DNA of 63,991 nucleotides, counting the filler, from Octopus bimaculoides (taxonomy: Eukaryota): the NCBI RefSeq assembly GCF_001194135.2. It is 7 parts of 7 records of this genome, joined end to end, with 100 filler letters (N's around TTAATTAATTAA, not from the genome) between each part and the next. Parts side by side here need not be neighbours in the genome. Positions count along the whole stretch, not along the records: positions 1 to 25,783 come from NC_068997.1; 6 more parts are not named here. One strand, 5' to 3'. Under the pieces are notes generated by a model. The model had not been told where the DNA came from, ran no database searches, and worked only from the letters and a program-made list of their open reading frames with translations. This document shows positions 12,170-24,200 of the stretch, one piece after another. Position 1 is the stretch's first letter, and every line of letters begins with the position of its first letter. Made by a program: the position numbers and the translations under genes.

Positions 12170-13170
12170 TAAGATAAATTTGGGATTTATGTACTGCCAT
12201 CCTTTTTCGTAGGCTGTTTTTTGTATGGCCTATATATTGCCTATTGCTTCCTGTGCATGTTTTCACATAAATTTAATTTTCTGATGCACAGGTGAATTTT
12301 GTTCTGATGGTGAAATGAAAGCCTTGTTCTAATATGTATTCCAAACCTACTAAGATTATACAAATCCCGCAGTTGGGCCTTCCACACTTTTTAACTGTTG
12401 GTTTTGTGGTTGTTATTGGGTGCAGTTTAGCCTGGTTTAAAATCTTCTTTAGGGATTTTGATTGCTGTTTACTTTTTATGATGGTGTACATTTGGAGGAT
12501 TCGGTTCATCCCTCGAGTCTTTAGCCTGGTTTAAAATCTTCTTTAGGGATTTTGATTGCTGTTTACTTTTTATGATGGTGTACGTTTGGAGGATTCGGTT
12601 TATCCCTTGAGTCTTCCTTGAGTAGGGCTGTGCTTTGGAGTATGGTGTTGAAGGTCTCATTGTTAAGTGGGTTGTGTGTAGAGATGTAAGGTAGGGTTTT
12701 TAATTTTTCATCCTTTCTTGGTTTTGGTTTTGGTTGTTTCAGGTCTTATATATTTAATGTAAGTGTTCGTTGGATTGTATTGTCTATTAGGGGTTGTGGA
12801 TAATTCCTATTTATGAGTGTAGTTCTGAGTTCTTGGAGACGTGTGTCGGGTGTTTGTGTCTGATACTATGGTGCAAATCCTTTTGGCTAAACAGAAAGGG
12901 ATGTTCATTCTTGTATGTTGTAGGTGGCATGAGTCAAATAGTAGGTACTGCTTTGAGTCTGTCGGTTTATAATAGATATCCATCTCTATTTTGTTGCCGA
13001 CTTTCTTAATGAGGATATCTAAAAGTGGTAGTTTTTCCTGGTTATGTTCTATCGAGAATTGGATGTTTTCACTAATTCCATTTAGTAGTATTGAGCAGTG
13101 ATTTTGCTTTTATGTTGTTGAAGTTAGCTTCTCATGTTACCATTGTGCATTGCTGTCATTGTCTATTCAT
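12170..13170 (-). mobile_element. Penelope-like retroelement remnant (RT C-terminus/thumb, linker and GIY-YIG endonuclease), with frameshifts and stops
   Basis: Minus-strand translation gives ..LPLLDILIKK..MDIYYKPTDSKQYLLFDSCH..NIPFCLAKRICTIVS.., then KCGRPNCGIC..FTCAS and ..QYIGHTKNSLRKRMAVHKSQI. These match the PLE RT thumb (Y.KPT...YL...S.H) and the GIY-YIG (YIG.T...L..R...H) patterns. Confidence 0.8.
12426..12613. repeat. 94-bp tandem duplication inside the Penelope remnant
   Basis: tttagcctggtttaaaatcttctttagggattttgattgc... starts at 12426 and again at 12520. Confidence 0.85.
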
Positions 13171-13661
13171 GTCTCACATGAGATGTTTTTGTTGCATGTG
13201 CATAATACTTGTGAGCAGAAGATTAAGATTAGTGGAGGATGGTATTATCTGTGCAGAAGTGTGTGATGAGAAGCATCGGTAATTAGGAAAGAAGAATATG
13301 GGAGACATAACTAAACATTGGAATACACCAAAGTTGACAGTTGGATTGAAGAGAATCCCATCAAAAGCATGTTGCACTGGAACAATCTTGTACAATTTTA
13401 AAATTTCTGTAGTTTCTGTATCAATTTTGTTATTGATTGCATACATACTAAATCTGAAAGTCCACGATGAAAGCTTCATATGTATAAAACCACAATGAAA
13501 GAGAAGAGGCTGACAACAAAATCACACATACCCAATATTATCATTAAATTCTTCATGAACTAAACAAATACTGTAATATTCTTAAATCCATTCTCAGGAA
13601 CTTTAAGGAACACACCAATGCATGATTAAAGGCAGCTTGCCATTATAGGCTTTATAATGAC

Positions 13662-13781
13662 TGTAAATTATAACATGACACAGGGTGCAGCCATTACTGT
13701 GTGTATTTATTTCATCATTCATACCAACTCATGATATCACACTTTGTGTGCACATCTTAATGTAAAATTACTGTTATTACA
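13662..13781 (-). repeat. 3' LTR (120 bp)
   Basis: Starts TGTAATAACAG and ends AATTTACA on the minus strand. It aligns to 18287-18372 and is preceded by the PPT. Confidence 0.88.
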
Positions 13782-13793
13782 TCTCACTTCTTT
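13782..13793 (-). promoter_or_regulatory. Polypurine tract (PPT)
   Basis: AAAGAAGTGAGA immediately 5' of the 3' LTR on the minus strand. Confidence 0.75.
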
Positions 13794-13897
13794 ACAAACA
13801 TTGCAAAAGGTATTAGTGTTGTCAATATGCACACAAAGTCCAGGTCCTGGCAATATTTGGAACTTAAATTATCAACTTCAAATAAACTCAATTATAT

Positions 13898-14444
13898 ATT
13901 ACATGGAAAAATATGAGCATGAAAAGTAATATTCTTAAGATTATAAACATGGAAAAGTACAGGACAAGTTATTACACCTGTAAAAGTACAGGACAAGTTA
14001 TTACACCTGTAAAAGTATAGGACAAACTATTACTTCAAGTAAAGTAAAGAATAAGAAACTTTTTGCTTAAAATATTATAGCAAAGAATGCCAGTTCTAAT
14101 TTATCACTCTTTACAGATGTCATCTTTTAAATTTATTTTACAAAATTGTTCAGCTAATTTGTAAGTTTGTTTAATTAGTCACTTTTTTCTGTAATTAAGG
14201 TAGTAAATTAGCCAAATTCTACTTTAATAAGTATAGTGTTATTTGTAAACTATAATAAAATATTTTTTAATATTCAAATTTTAATTTTAGCTGCAATATT
14301 TTAAGTAAAAAGTCTCTTACTCTTTACTTTACTTAAAGTAATAGTTTGTCCTATACTTTTACAGATGTAATAACTTGTCCTGTACTTTTCCAGGTTTATA
14401 ATCTTAAGAATATTACTTTTCATGCTCGCATTTTTCCATGTAAT
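13898..14444. mobile_element. Foldback/MITE-like element nested in the gypsy 3' region
   Basis: Inverted arms 13898-14081 and 14290-14444. The left arm has an extra copy of a 29-bp subunit (aaaagtacaggacaagttattacacctgt). Confidence 0.75.
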
Positions 14445-15134
14445 CCATAATTTTTCCAGGCATTGCTGTTATAAGATAATTAATAATGTGTCAATTAATA
14501 ATTTAAGATTTTACCTTATAAAATATTGAAAGATAATATTTAAATTTTTCCATGTAAGTGATAATAATATTTCAATTTTTTTCATGTTTAATTTAAATAT
14601 ATATTGTGATTGAATTATTTGATATTACCCATCCANNNNNNNNNNNNNNNNNNNNNNNNNTTTTTCTTAGTGAAAATCGTGCGTGAGTTAATATAGAAAT
14701 TTAGGATAATGTTGTTATTTAGGCTCAAATCAACCCTATCATCAAAGACATTCCAGCTTTCAGTAAACTGTCTTTGTAGAGATAATGTAGGACATTATGT
14801 ACAATGGGGGATACACTGGCACCTATTTTTAGCATGTCAAGCAACCAGGTAGAGGCTCTTTCATTGGTTTGAATACATGATGGGATTTTTTTACATATAT
14901 TTGTATAATATGTATACATCGGCAGAAGTTAGAGAGTAAGTCAAAAGCTGAGAGTTTCATGTATTGACACTTATCAAGCGCGAATTTGTCCATTGTCATT
15001 CTGTAACTTGTGATGAAATAATTTCTAAGATACAAAATTTTGTCAAAAACGTTAAGAGTAAACCCTGTTGTATGTGACACATTGTACCAGTATCAGAAGT
15101 TTCAAAGTGTTTAGTTAAAAAAAATTAATGAAAT

Positions 15135-15262
15135 AATCTGTACATCGAATTGAATAGATCCGAAATGGATAAAAGGCAAAGTCGGCCTCGGCAGAATTTG
15201 AACTCAAAATGTAAACACAGATGAAATACCGCTAAGCATTTCACCGGCACTCTAACATTTTA
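15135..15262 (-). mobile_element. SINE family A inserted at the truncated integrase end
   Basis: ggataaaaggcaaagtcggcctcggcagaatttgaactcaaaatgtaaac...gaaataccgctaagcatt is the reverse complement of the family A head and core. Confidence 0.75.
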
Positions 15263-15269
15263 TCAAATA

Positions 15270-18254
15270 GAACTAAGTAGACATCTCAGCTAGTAGCTTC
15301 TGTTTTCTTGAGCAGATTTTTTACTGCCTGAAGTGTATGCTCAGCTTGTCCATTTGATTGTAGGTATGTCGGACTTGATGTTGTGTGTTTGACATCTCAT
15401 TCTAGACCAAAGTTACAGAACTCTGCACTTGTAAACTGCAGTCCGTTATCTGTCATGAGCTCATCTGGGATGCCATGTCATTTTGCTTGATAGGTCAGGC
15501 ACTGCTGTGATTGTCATTTTACTTGATAGATCAGACAATTTCACAATACTTTGAGAAATAATCCACACACCCTAGGTAGTCAATGTTCTTGTACACAAAT
15601 AAGTCAGCTCCGACTTTGGCCCATAGTCAATCAGGAATTTCATGGCTCTCCAACAGTTGTTTCAGATTACTCTTTCTGTTCTCATTGCACACAGAACATC
15701 GTGATACAAATTCTTCAGTTTGTACAGTCATTCCTAGCCAGAAGATAACATCTTTGGCTCTGAGTATGCACTTTATCACTCTGAAATTAGCATCATGAAT
15801 TCTCTTCAACATTTCTGTTTGTAGTGTTGCAGGAACTACAACTTTATCAGCTTTGAAGATTAAGTCATCAACAACAGTCAGTTCATCTCAAATATTCTAG
15901 TGGTCTCTCACACTTGCTGGAACATCATTTCTGTTTTCTGGCCATCCACACAGAATCACTGATTTCAGCTGTTGCAGTTTGTGGCAATCCTGAATTCACT
16001 CAACTTTCCTGAGGTCATCAGCAGTTATGATATTAGGTTCACATCACACTCGGTTTCATCAAACCAATCATTACTGGCTTGAAGATATGCCCTGCTCAAG
16101 GCATCTGTAAGAATCAGTTCTTTGCCAGATTTCTAGATAACTTGAAGATCATACTTCTGTAAATGCAGCAACATTCTCTGCAACCTCTGAGGAGCTCTAC
16201 ACAAAGGTATCTGAAATATGATTTCAAGGGGTTTGTGATCAGTTTCTACTTGAACTCTTTTCCCGTAGACATACTGATGAAACTTCTCACATCCATGTAG
16301 GATACCTAGCATCTCTTTCTCAATCTGCATATACTTCTTTTGTGCACTTGTCAGTGACCTCGAAGCAAATGCTACAGGTTTTTCAGCTTGCATCAATACT
16401 GCTCCTAGCCCTGCAAAGCTTGCATCCATTGATAATGTTACTGGCTTTGTAAAATCAAAGTACTGTAATACTGGAGTCTCTGTCACTTTCTTTCAAATTC
16501 TTGAAACAGGTTTATTGCCTCTCTTCCCAGTGCCATGCAATGTCCTTCGGCAATAAATATACCTCTGGCACCAACTTCACTGAAATACCTCTGGTGCTAA
16601 CTTTACTCCAGAAGGTAGTCAAGTGATTTAGTATCTACCAAACAGGGTATTGAAAGTACACAACTTGGAACTGCTTTCATCAAGTTGTATCTGCCAAAAT
16701 CTAGACTCTGCATCAAGAATGGTGAACAGCTTGGCACCTGGTATTTGTGACATAATTTTCTCAACAGTTCACATGGGATAATGTTCTTTTCTCATGGTAC
16801 TATTGAGATCATTTGGATCTATACAGATCCTAATCTTGTTTGGTTTCACTACTGTCACCCAGTTTGTATGCTGAGTCGCTTTGATGACAACTCCAAGCTT
16901 GGTCATTTGATCAAGTTTTGCCTGCACTTTGTCCATCAAAGCAGCAGGCACTTTTCTCAGCAGGTGTACCACAGGTGTGATTTTGTCCATTAATTCTATA
17001 TGTTTACCCGGCATGCATCCAAGTCCTTTTAACAGCTCTGGATATGCTCCCAGTATGTCTGTATTCACTTTCTGAATGTTGTGAACTCACTGTACCAATT
17101 TCAATTTCTCACAGGTTTTTCTTCCCAGTATACTTGGGCAGTTTTCCTCCACAACCTGGAATAGTACTTCATTCAAAGTGCCACTGAATTTACTTGATAC
17201 TGATAGTTCCATCTGTCCAAACAGGAATTGCTTTTCTCTGAAGTATGACACAGGTTTCATTTTTGAACTTGACAGTCCCTTATTCTTCAAATTCAAGCAG
17301 TTGAACATTGATTTGGAAATGATATTGTACTGTGCACCTGTATCCAGTTTGACTTTCACTGGTTTCTTGTTGATTGATAAAGTCTCATACCAGTTTTCAT
17401 AATCTTCATTACTAGTCATATGTCCAATGAATAATTCTTTAAATTTTTCAATTTCTTCAGAATTGTCAACGGTCTGAATATGTTTGTGTTTTCTCTCTCT
17501 AGGGTTTTGTCTGTCATGCCTAAATGGTATTATAGTTTTACAGATGCTGGCAAAATTATGCTTACCACTTTTCCTGCAGCAGGACACTTGTCTTTAGCAT
17601 GTTTTTAACTACACTGTTTACACTGAGAGTATTCTATTGTTCTACCTTTAGGTTCATGCTTTCTTCTTGGACTCCTACTGGCATTCACGTCATTGACTTC
17701 TTTAGACATGGTTGACTGTTCATCATTAAAAACTTTCAATTGCTGTCCACTGATTTCTGTAGCTCTATACATCTGTACAGTATTTTTCCAAATCAAGATC
17801 ATGGTCTCTCAATAACCATATTCTGAGGCTGTTACTAAGAATTCCACAGACAATTCTGTCTTTAATAAGCCTATCATTTTATGTCCCAAACTCACAAGTT
17901 CTAGATTTATTCTTTAGATCTGTTACATACTGATCAATTATCTCATCTGGTTTCTGAGATCATGTGAAAAATGCATGTCTCTCAATTGTCAGATTTTTCT
18001 TAGGTTCACAGTATTCCTTAAAACTTTTGCTTCACTTTGTCATAATTCTTGCTATCTGCTTCCTAACTCCACTCAAAAGAGTTTCACACTTGAACTGCAG
18101 CCCTTCCCACTACATGTTGTAGAGTAGCACTCTGTGATTTAGTTGCAATTCTGCTAGCTGTAAGGTAAAGTTCAGACCTTTGTATCCACCATTTCCAGCT
18201 CTTGGCTACATTGCCTTCAAGATTAAGCTCATTCAAGCTTCTTATTTGTTCCAT
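15270..18254 (-). pseudogene. gag-pol remnant of the gypsy element (multiple stops and frameshifts)
   Basis: Gag MEQIRSLNELNLEGNVAKSWK..EYCEPKKNLTIERH..DRIVCGI. Protease VKLDTGAQ (ORF 17087-17587). RT IRICIDP (16769-17068). RNase H DASFAGLGAVL..VAFASRSLT..QIEKE..ETDHKPL (16133-16486). Integrase Zn-finger C..C (15627-15812) and a core ending near GQAE (~15350). Confidence 0.92.
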
Positions 18255-18274
18255 TCAGGCGATTATTCAATCTC

Positions 18275-18286
18275 CTTCTGATACCA
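18275..18286 (-). promoter_or_regulatory. Primer binding site, tRNA-Met type
   Basis: TGGTATCAGAAG directly after the 5' LTR. The canonical iMet PBS is TGGTATCAGAGC. Confidence 0.85.
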
Positions 18287-18372
18287 TGTAAATTATGACA
18301 CGACACAGGGCGCAGCCATTACTACATGTATTTATTTTGTCATGCATACCAACTCATGACACTATCATTACA
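18287..18372 (-). repeat. 5' LTR (86 bp; 34 bp shorter than the 3' LTR)
   Basis: TGTAATGATAG...AATTTACA. 12 mismatches over 86 aligned positions versus the 3' LTR, counted by eye. Confidence 0.88.
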
Positions 18373-18894
18373 ATGACTAGCTTTTGATGCCAGATACAGA
18401 TCAAAATTTTCAGCTATTAGCCATTGCTCTTTCCAATTCACTGATGAATACATTTGATCACAAATCTAGGAAATAATTCAATCTAGTTGCTGATTGTCTA
18501 TAAGGCTCGAGTAAGACTCATAACTGAGTACTATTCTCATACTGAAATAGTGCTGCTACCCCCCCCNNNNNNNNNNCACACACACACACACACATTCATG
18601 CACATGTGCATGCACTCACGCAAATATCCTAACCTGCATCCAAAAGAAAGCCATGCATCTTCCACTCCTCTCATATATCTGCTGTCCCTGTCCTTGCACT
18701 AAACAAGTTATCTAATTATTTCTTCTCATAATTTCAGACTTCTAGAATTCCCACCCTGCCCATATTTTCTCAACAAACATTAGAAGTTCAAGCTTAACAT
18801 AACTGTATTGCTTTCACCAGAAAGTTTTGTAAACTTTTCTAATAGAATTTTATAAAAAGAAATTTTTAACAGTATATGTTGTATTTTTTTTTAG

Positions 18895-19007
18895 AGTATG
18901 TCTAAGCAAAAAATGCTCATGAGATTGCATGTCATGGACAAGGATTGCCAACACAATTATCTTCCAAATAATGTTGAAATGCCTCTTTATATGCCAGTCA
19001 TAGATAA
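18895..19007 (+). CDS. USP31: Internal exon of a ubiquitin carboxyl-terminal hydrolase, USP31/USP43 family
   Basis: Poly-T..AG acceptor and GTAAGT donor. The only open frame is SMSKQKMLMRLHVMDKDCQHNYLPNNVEMPLYMPVID(K), ending in phase 2. It corresponds to the ..FSLRVV..YLLPQEEQPLCHPIVER segment recalled from vertebrate USP31. Confidence 0.75.
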
Positions 19008-19480
19008 GTAAGTTTTGATTTAACATCTTACGTTTTATTTAAAAGCTTTCATCTCATGTGTGCTGAACAATAAATGATTGTTACCTTAACTATTTTTGTT
19101 TAATCTAAGTGATAAGTCATATTTATATAAACATATTTATGATATATATTATTTAGAGTTAAAATCCAAATTAATCAGAAAGTATCCAGTTTCATGTTAT
19201 AGAAAATACTTTTCGCAATAATTTTCCAGCCTACTTCACTCATAGATTTATTCCCTCAATATTTTATTTTACATTTTAATTTTATAGACAACTACTTTAC
19301 TACATATTGTCTATCTCTTTACTATAGATAGTGATTTCTTACACTGTCACAAGCCAAAATTTTGAAGAGTCAATCAATTTACATTACCTAATGGTTCTTT
19401 TTTTCCTTTCCTATTTTTTTTTTACACAATTGGGAACAAAAATATAGTTGACAATGGTAGGATTTCATCTCAAAATATTA

Positions 19481-20384
19481 CAAGGTGGTATCAAAAAGTT
19501 CTTGGACTAGTTCTGTTGCACACCAACACACAGTTGCTTGCAATGCCACTTGGCACCAACACAGCAATGCCACTTGGCACACTGCCTCATGAAGGTCACT
19601 GTTAGCTAACAGTGACCTTCATGAGGCAGTGTGCCCAGTGGCATTGCTGTGTTTACTTTGCAAGTTGTGTTTTTGTGATCACATGTATGCTGTAGTCTGC
19701 GATTTTTGTCATGGAACAAAGAGCTAACATGAAATTTTGCATTAAACTTCGGAAGTCTGCTACAAAGACATTGAACATGCTTTGGTAAGCTTACAATGTC
19801 GAGGCAATGGGTCATATGCAATGTTTCAAGCAGCAGAGGTGCACGACAGTCGCAACTGAATCAAGAGCATGCTCATCATTTTTTTTACATCTGCAGTATT
19901 GTGCATGGAGAATTCATCCCCCAGGGCCAGACTATGAATTGAGAGTTCAATTGCAATGTTTTGGTGTGTTTGAGGCAGGACATTCAGCAAAGCAGCCAGA
20001 TCTGTGGAGGATGAAGAATTGGACGACAGTGCATGCTGTCACTGAGGTGTCCTCACTCATGAGTTTCTTGCCAAAAACATGGTGTCACTTCTACACCCAC
20101 CCTATTCACCAGATTTAGCACCTGCGGACTTCCCTCTCTTCTCCAAGATGAAAATGCAGCTCAAAGGTCAATGTTTTAGCACTGTTGCTGAGCTCAAGAG
20201 TGAATCACAGGTCCTTGACTCACATACAGAAAACAACTTCCAGGATGGATTCCAAAAGTGGCAGGAACACTGGAACTGGTGTATTGCTGTGCAAGGTGAC
20301 TGTTTCGGAGGAGATGATAAAACTTAAATAAATAAGTTATATTTTTTATTAAACAGCCAGTCCAAGAACTTTTTGATACCACCT
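19481..20384 (+). mobile_element. Mariner (Tc1/mariner) DNA transposon, internally deleted and decayed
   Basis: TA then TIR caaggtggtatcaaaaagttcttggact; the right TIR is agtccaagaactttttgataccacct. Transposase remnants are MEQRANMKFCIKL.. and HPPYSPDLAPADFPLFSKMKMQLKGQCF..FQKWQEHW. The last bases of the right TIR are replaced by a (CAT)n-headed insertion. Confidence 0.9.
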
Positions 20385-20582
20385 CATCATCATCATCATC
20401 ATCATCGTTTAACGTCCGCTTTCCATGCTAGCATGGGTTGGACGATTTGACTGAGGACTGGTGCAACCGGATGGCTACACCAGGCTCCAATCTAATTTGG
20501 CAGAGTTTCTACAGCTGGATGCCCTTCCTAACGCCAACCACTCAGAGAGTGTAGTGGGTGCTTTTACGTGTCACCCGCACGA
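20385..20582 (-). mobile_element. (ATG)n-tailed retroposon 3' end (RTE-like LINE or SINE tail)
   Basis: Nearly identical to 29104-29295: (CAT)n cgtttaacgtccgctttccatgctagcatgggttggacg...ggatgcccttcctaacgccaaccactcagagagtgtagtggg. Confidence 0.8.
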
Positions 20583-22160
20583 AATGGAATGTAATTAAAT
20601 TCTGTAAAGCATTTAGTCTGAAATGTAAAGCTTTCTCTTGTCTGTACCTTACAGTGCTTTGTTGTAATATGTCCACTGTATTCTCATCTTAAATATTCAT
20701 TATGTGTAAACAAAAGGAAATAAACATCACATCAACATTGCTGGTGTCTTATTCTGAGGTTTTACTTGTAAACTTTAGTTTCGGTTATACATCATGTAAC
20801 AGTTTAAAAAGAGTTCTATGTAAAGTTATACAAATTGAAACTCTTTAAAAACCTAAACATTAACAATATCCCAAACATAACCTTTAAGGTGATGTTGTAT
20901 GCTAGATGAACACTAACAGTAGTCATTTGTGTAGTGTGTCTCTCAGAAACTCAGATGCTCCTGTCTTTGTTAGCTTGAAATTTACTCACAACCTCTGATC
21001 CACCCATTCCTTGTTTATCTTTGTTTCTTTTATTCTTGCCACATCAAATTTTAAACAACTATCACTAACAAAGTAATATGAATTTAAAGTCTCAATAAGT
21101 GATTAGTTGTCCAATTTTGCAAAGTACTTTTGGCAATCTTGGCAACAGGAATATTTCCTACTAAGGCACCAGCATTGGTTAGATTATTAAGTTCAGAAGC
21201 TTCTAAAGCTAATGGATTCCACATTAGTTCTTGAAGTGGCTTCAGAGAAAAGAATTTAGATGTAGACTTTTAATTTGGTTGATAATGCATTGAAGGGCTG
21301 AGAAAATAGCAATATGTTAAAACACAAACTTATGTGTGAAACTGTGCCACAGTATTTCAAGTAATAGTTTACTATACTTCCAGCTATGAAAGATGAAGGA
21401 AAATCCTTTTCCATACCAACAAGGGAAATAGCTGCTGGTGATCTCAAATTATCTAAGAGAATATCTATTTTTAAATAAAATGAATCTGTCAATAATAGAA
21501 TTTCTAATTTTGAGCACTTAGAAATTTATAGAAATACCTATATTTGACCTGAGTTTCAGCATACTGACTGGTGATAATATGTTGTGACTACAACTGTAGT
21601 ATAGATAGAAATTATGACAATTGCACAGAGAATTGAGATGATATTAGTTTCCTTCAATTTATCAAAAAAATAGTTTTGCACAAATTTAGATAAACCCATA
21701 CATACATACATACAACACATAGACACATGCACACACACACAGATACAGATGTAAATGCATGCACAGATAAGGATACACACTATAGAAAGACAGAATGGAC
21801 TGAACAAAATAGGAGACACGTGGGGTGAAGAATCACTGAAAAGTTCACATGATGTGTGACAGAAGATTTCCAAACAGTGCATGTGTTTATTTGGCAAAAG
21901 GAAAAATAATGACCATCCTGAAATATAACAATATCTATTTCAACACACAATTTTATATCAGGAATCTTGCAAAACAAATACATAAACATAAAAACAGTTC
22001 AGTTTGGGGCTATTTGACGACTCAAAGAGAAAACCATATTGTTTGTGCTGATCAATACTAATTTAATCCCAGAAAAGAAATGCGCATTTTAGCAGTTTAC
22101 TCACACCTGATACCATTTTTTTGTTGTAAATTTAATGTATTAATATTTTTTTTTTTTTAG

Positions 22161-22241
22161 AGTTCTAGGTGTTCATGATGGAAATTTAGAAGAACTACCT
22201 CTGAGAATCATTGTTGAATGGGATTCTCATTTATGGGAAAT
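22161..22241 (+). CDS. USP31: Internal exon of the USP31/USP43-family deubiquitinase
   Basis: T15-AG acceptor and GTAAGA donor; 81 bp, phase 2 to phase 2. Reads VLGVHDGNLEELPLRIIVEWDSHLWE(M), compared with VKLVVEWD recalled from USP31. Confidence 0.85.
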
Positions 22242-22459
22242 GTAAGATTTTTTTTATTAATGATTATAATGATCAATAATCATTGATTTTTTTTTGGTTT
22301 TTAATTTAGGTATAAATTATCTAAAAACATTAATATTTCTTATATATTCAGAATGATTGCCAATTCTAGTGTTGTAAATAATTAATTCTTTTTTTACAAG
22401 GATCTTTTTAGCTTTTATTTATACACATATCAATGAATATCTCTCCATATTAATTGGTT

Positions 22460-22615
22460 TCATCATCATCATCATTTGATGTCCATTTTCCATTCTGGCA
22501 TAAATTAGACAGTTCAACAGGAGCTGGCAAGCCAAAGAGCTACATTCGGTTCTGTTTGTCTGATTTGGCATGATTTTTATAGCTGGATGCCCTTCATAAA
22601 GCCAATCATTTTACC
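22460..22615 (-). mobile_element. Older (ATG)n-tailed retroposon 3' fragment
   Basis: (CAT)n head plus diverged tttccat..ctgatttggcatg..atagctggatgccctt. A similar copy lies at 24525-24655. Confidence 0.55.
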
Positions 22616-23495
22616 AAATAGCTTGTAAGACTAAACCCTCTCAGCTGAGGGAGGAAGTGGAGCCAAGGGAAGTGACTGTGTGTCAGGCAATAGGTTAGAG
22701 TATAATTGGGGGACAGAGGTAATAGGTTAGAGTATAACAGGGGGACAGAGATTGCTATCTTATGATAGATACTTGGCTACCGCAGTAGGATAGGAAAGGA
22801 GAGGAAGGGGAGAGAGAGAGTTAGAAAGACAGAGAGACAGTCAGTGTGAGAAAGAGATATTGGGGCCTATTTATAGGCAACTGTAAGGGAGTATAAATTG
22901 TACAGAGGGGATTGAGGGGTATGTTCCATAAAAGTGTGAGGGACTATCATTAGCAATGGGGAAGACATGACTGTAACAAATGATGGTGAAAGAAAATGGA
23001 GTGTTAGGTATGTTAGAGCATGGAAACTGTGCAGATTGATATGTGAGGGACAGTGAAGGGGTCTGTAGTGGGTGGTGATCATGCGTAGTGAGATGAGGAT
23101 GATGGGAAGAAGGCTTGTAGGTGTGTTTTGAAAGAGGACTAATGTGTGAGTGAGGAGCATGGTTGTAAAGGACATGCCTATACCTATGGATGGCCAAGAT
23201 TTTACTTAGCTTGTTGTGTTTTCTCAAGCCCAGCAAAATGCCAGATATCTTGATCCTTTCTCATCTCCTCTATGAAGCTCAACATCTAAAGATCATTTCT
23301 CACAACTCTGTAAAACTTTTTGGAAGTTAATCATTTAAATATATATGAGCTTGTCTAGATATGCTATTATATGCATGAGAATACATACATAATACAAAAC
23401 ATGCAAATCTGCATATATACATACATACATATATACAAAAAAAAAATATTCCTGATTGGTTATATGCCATAACCAAGAATATAATACTTGGCAAC

Positions 23496-23606
<111 letters not shown>

Positions 23607-23751
23607 CTTATATTTTAAATCCATCTGGGTGTTGTCATTTCAGCCATTTTCATTTGAACATCTAGAAATTTTATAATTTTTTTTTAAAGAGATGATTGCA
23701 CTGAAGAATTATAAAACTATTATTATTAGCACTTATGTATATTATTTGTAG

Positions 23752-23878
23752 GATTGTTAATCATACAGCTCAACTTTTGGATGAACATTGCAGTGTTATA
23801 AATGTACAAACTATGCAACAGAAAATGGGTCATACCACTTTGAAAGATTGTTTTTATTTATATACACAAGAAGAAAAG
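23752..23878 (+). CDS. USP31: Internal exon of the USP31/USP43-family deubiquitinase
   Basis: tttgtAG acceptor and AAG|GTAATA donor; 127 bp, phase 2 to phase 0. Reads IVNHTAQLLDEHCSVINVQTMQQKMGHTTLKDCFYLYTQEEK. The TL.DCF.LYT.EE motif precedes the second zinc-binding CxxC in USP4/15/31/43-type catalytic domains. Confidence 0.88.
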
Positions 23879-24062
23879 GTAATAAATATTGTTTCTCATT
23901 TTACTTTTTGACATATATTGCATTGTATTTTTAAAACCTTCATATTAAATCTTCAAATGTATTCTCTATCTTACTAAAAATGATCACAAAGCCAGAGGCC
24001 AAATTGAGTCATAAAATTATAAAGAAGCAGGTTCTTGATTATTTTTTTTTCTCTCTCTTTTT

Positions 24063-24200
24063 ATGAATGTGTATGGAGTGGGGATGGGACAAACAGGAAA
24101 AGCAGTTCATCCTTACCTTAGCCACAGGATAAGCAAGCATCAGGTTAGACTCCAAAAAGGAAACAGAGGGAAAGATTATTCCGTGTGGAGACATCTTTTT
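24063..24200 (+). mobile_element. Possible GIY-YIG (Penelope-like) remnant
   Basis: Translation GMGQTGKAVHPYLSHRISKHQ..SVWRH resembles YIGQTG..L..RI.EH..A..H. Short and diverged. Confidence 0.3.

Larger units (their letters stand above)
13662..18372 (-). mobile_element. Ty3/gypsy LTR retrotransposon (probably Mag-like), full structure but decayed, with nested insertions
   Basis: Two homologous TG...CA LTRs, PBS, PPT, identical 5-bp flanks ATGAC (13657-13661 and 18373-18377), and gag-PR-RT-RH-IN remnants in gypsy order. Confidence 0.93.
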
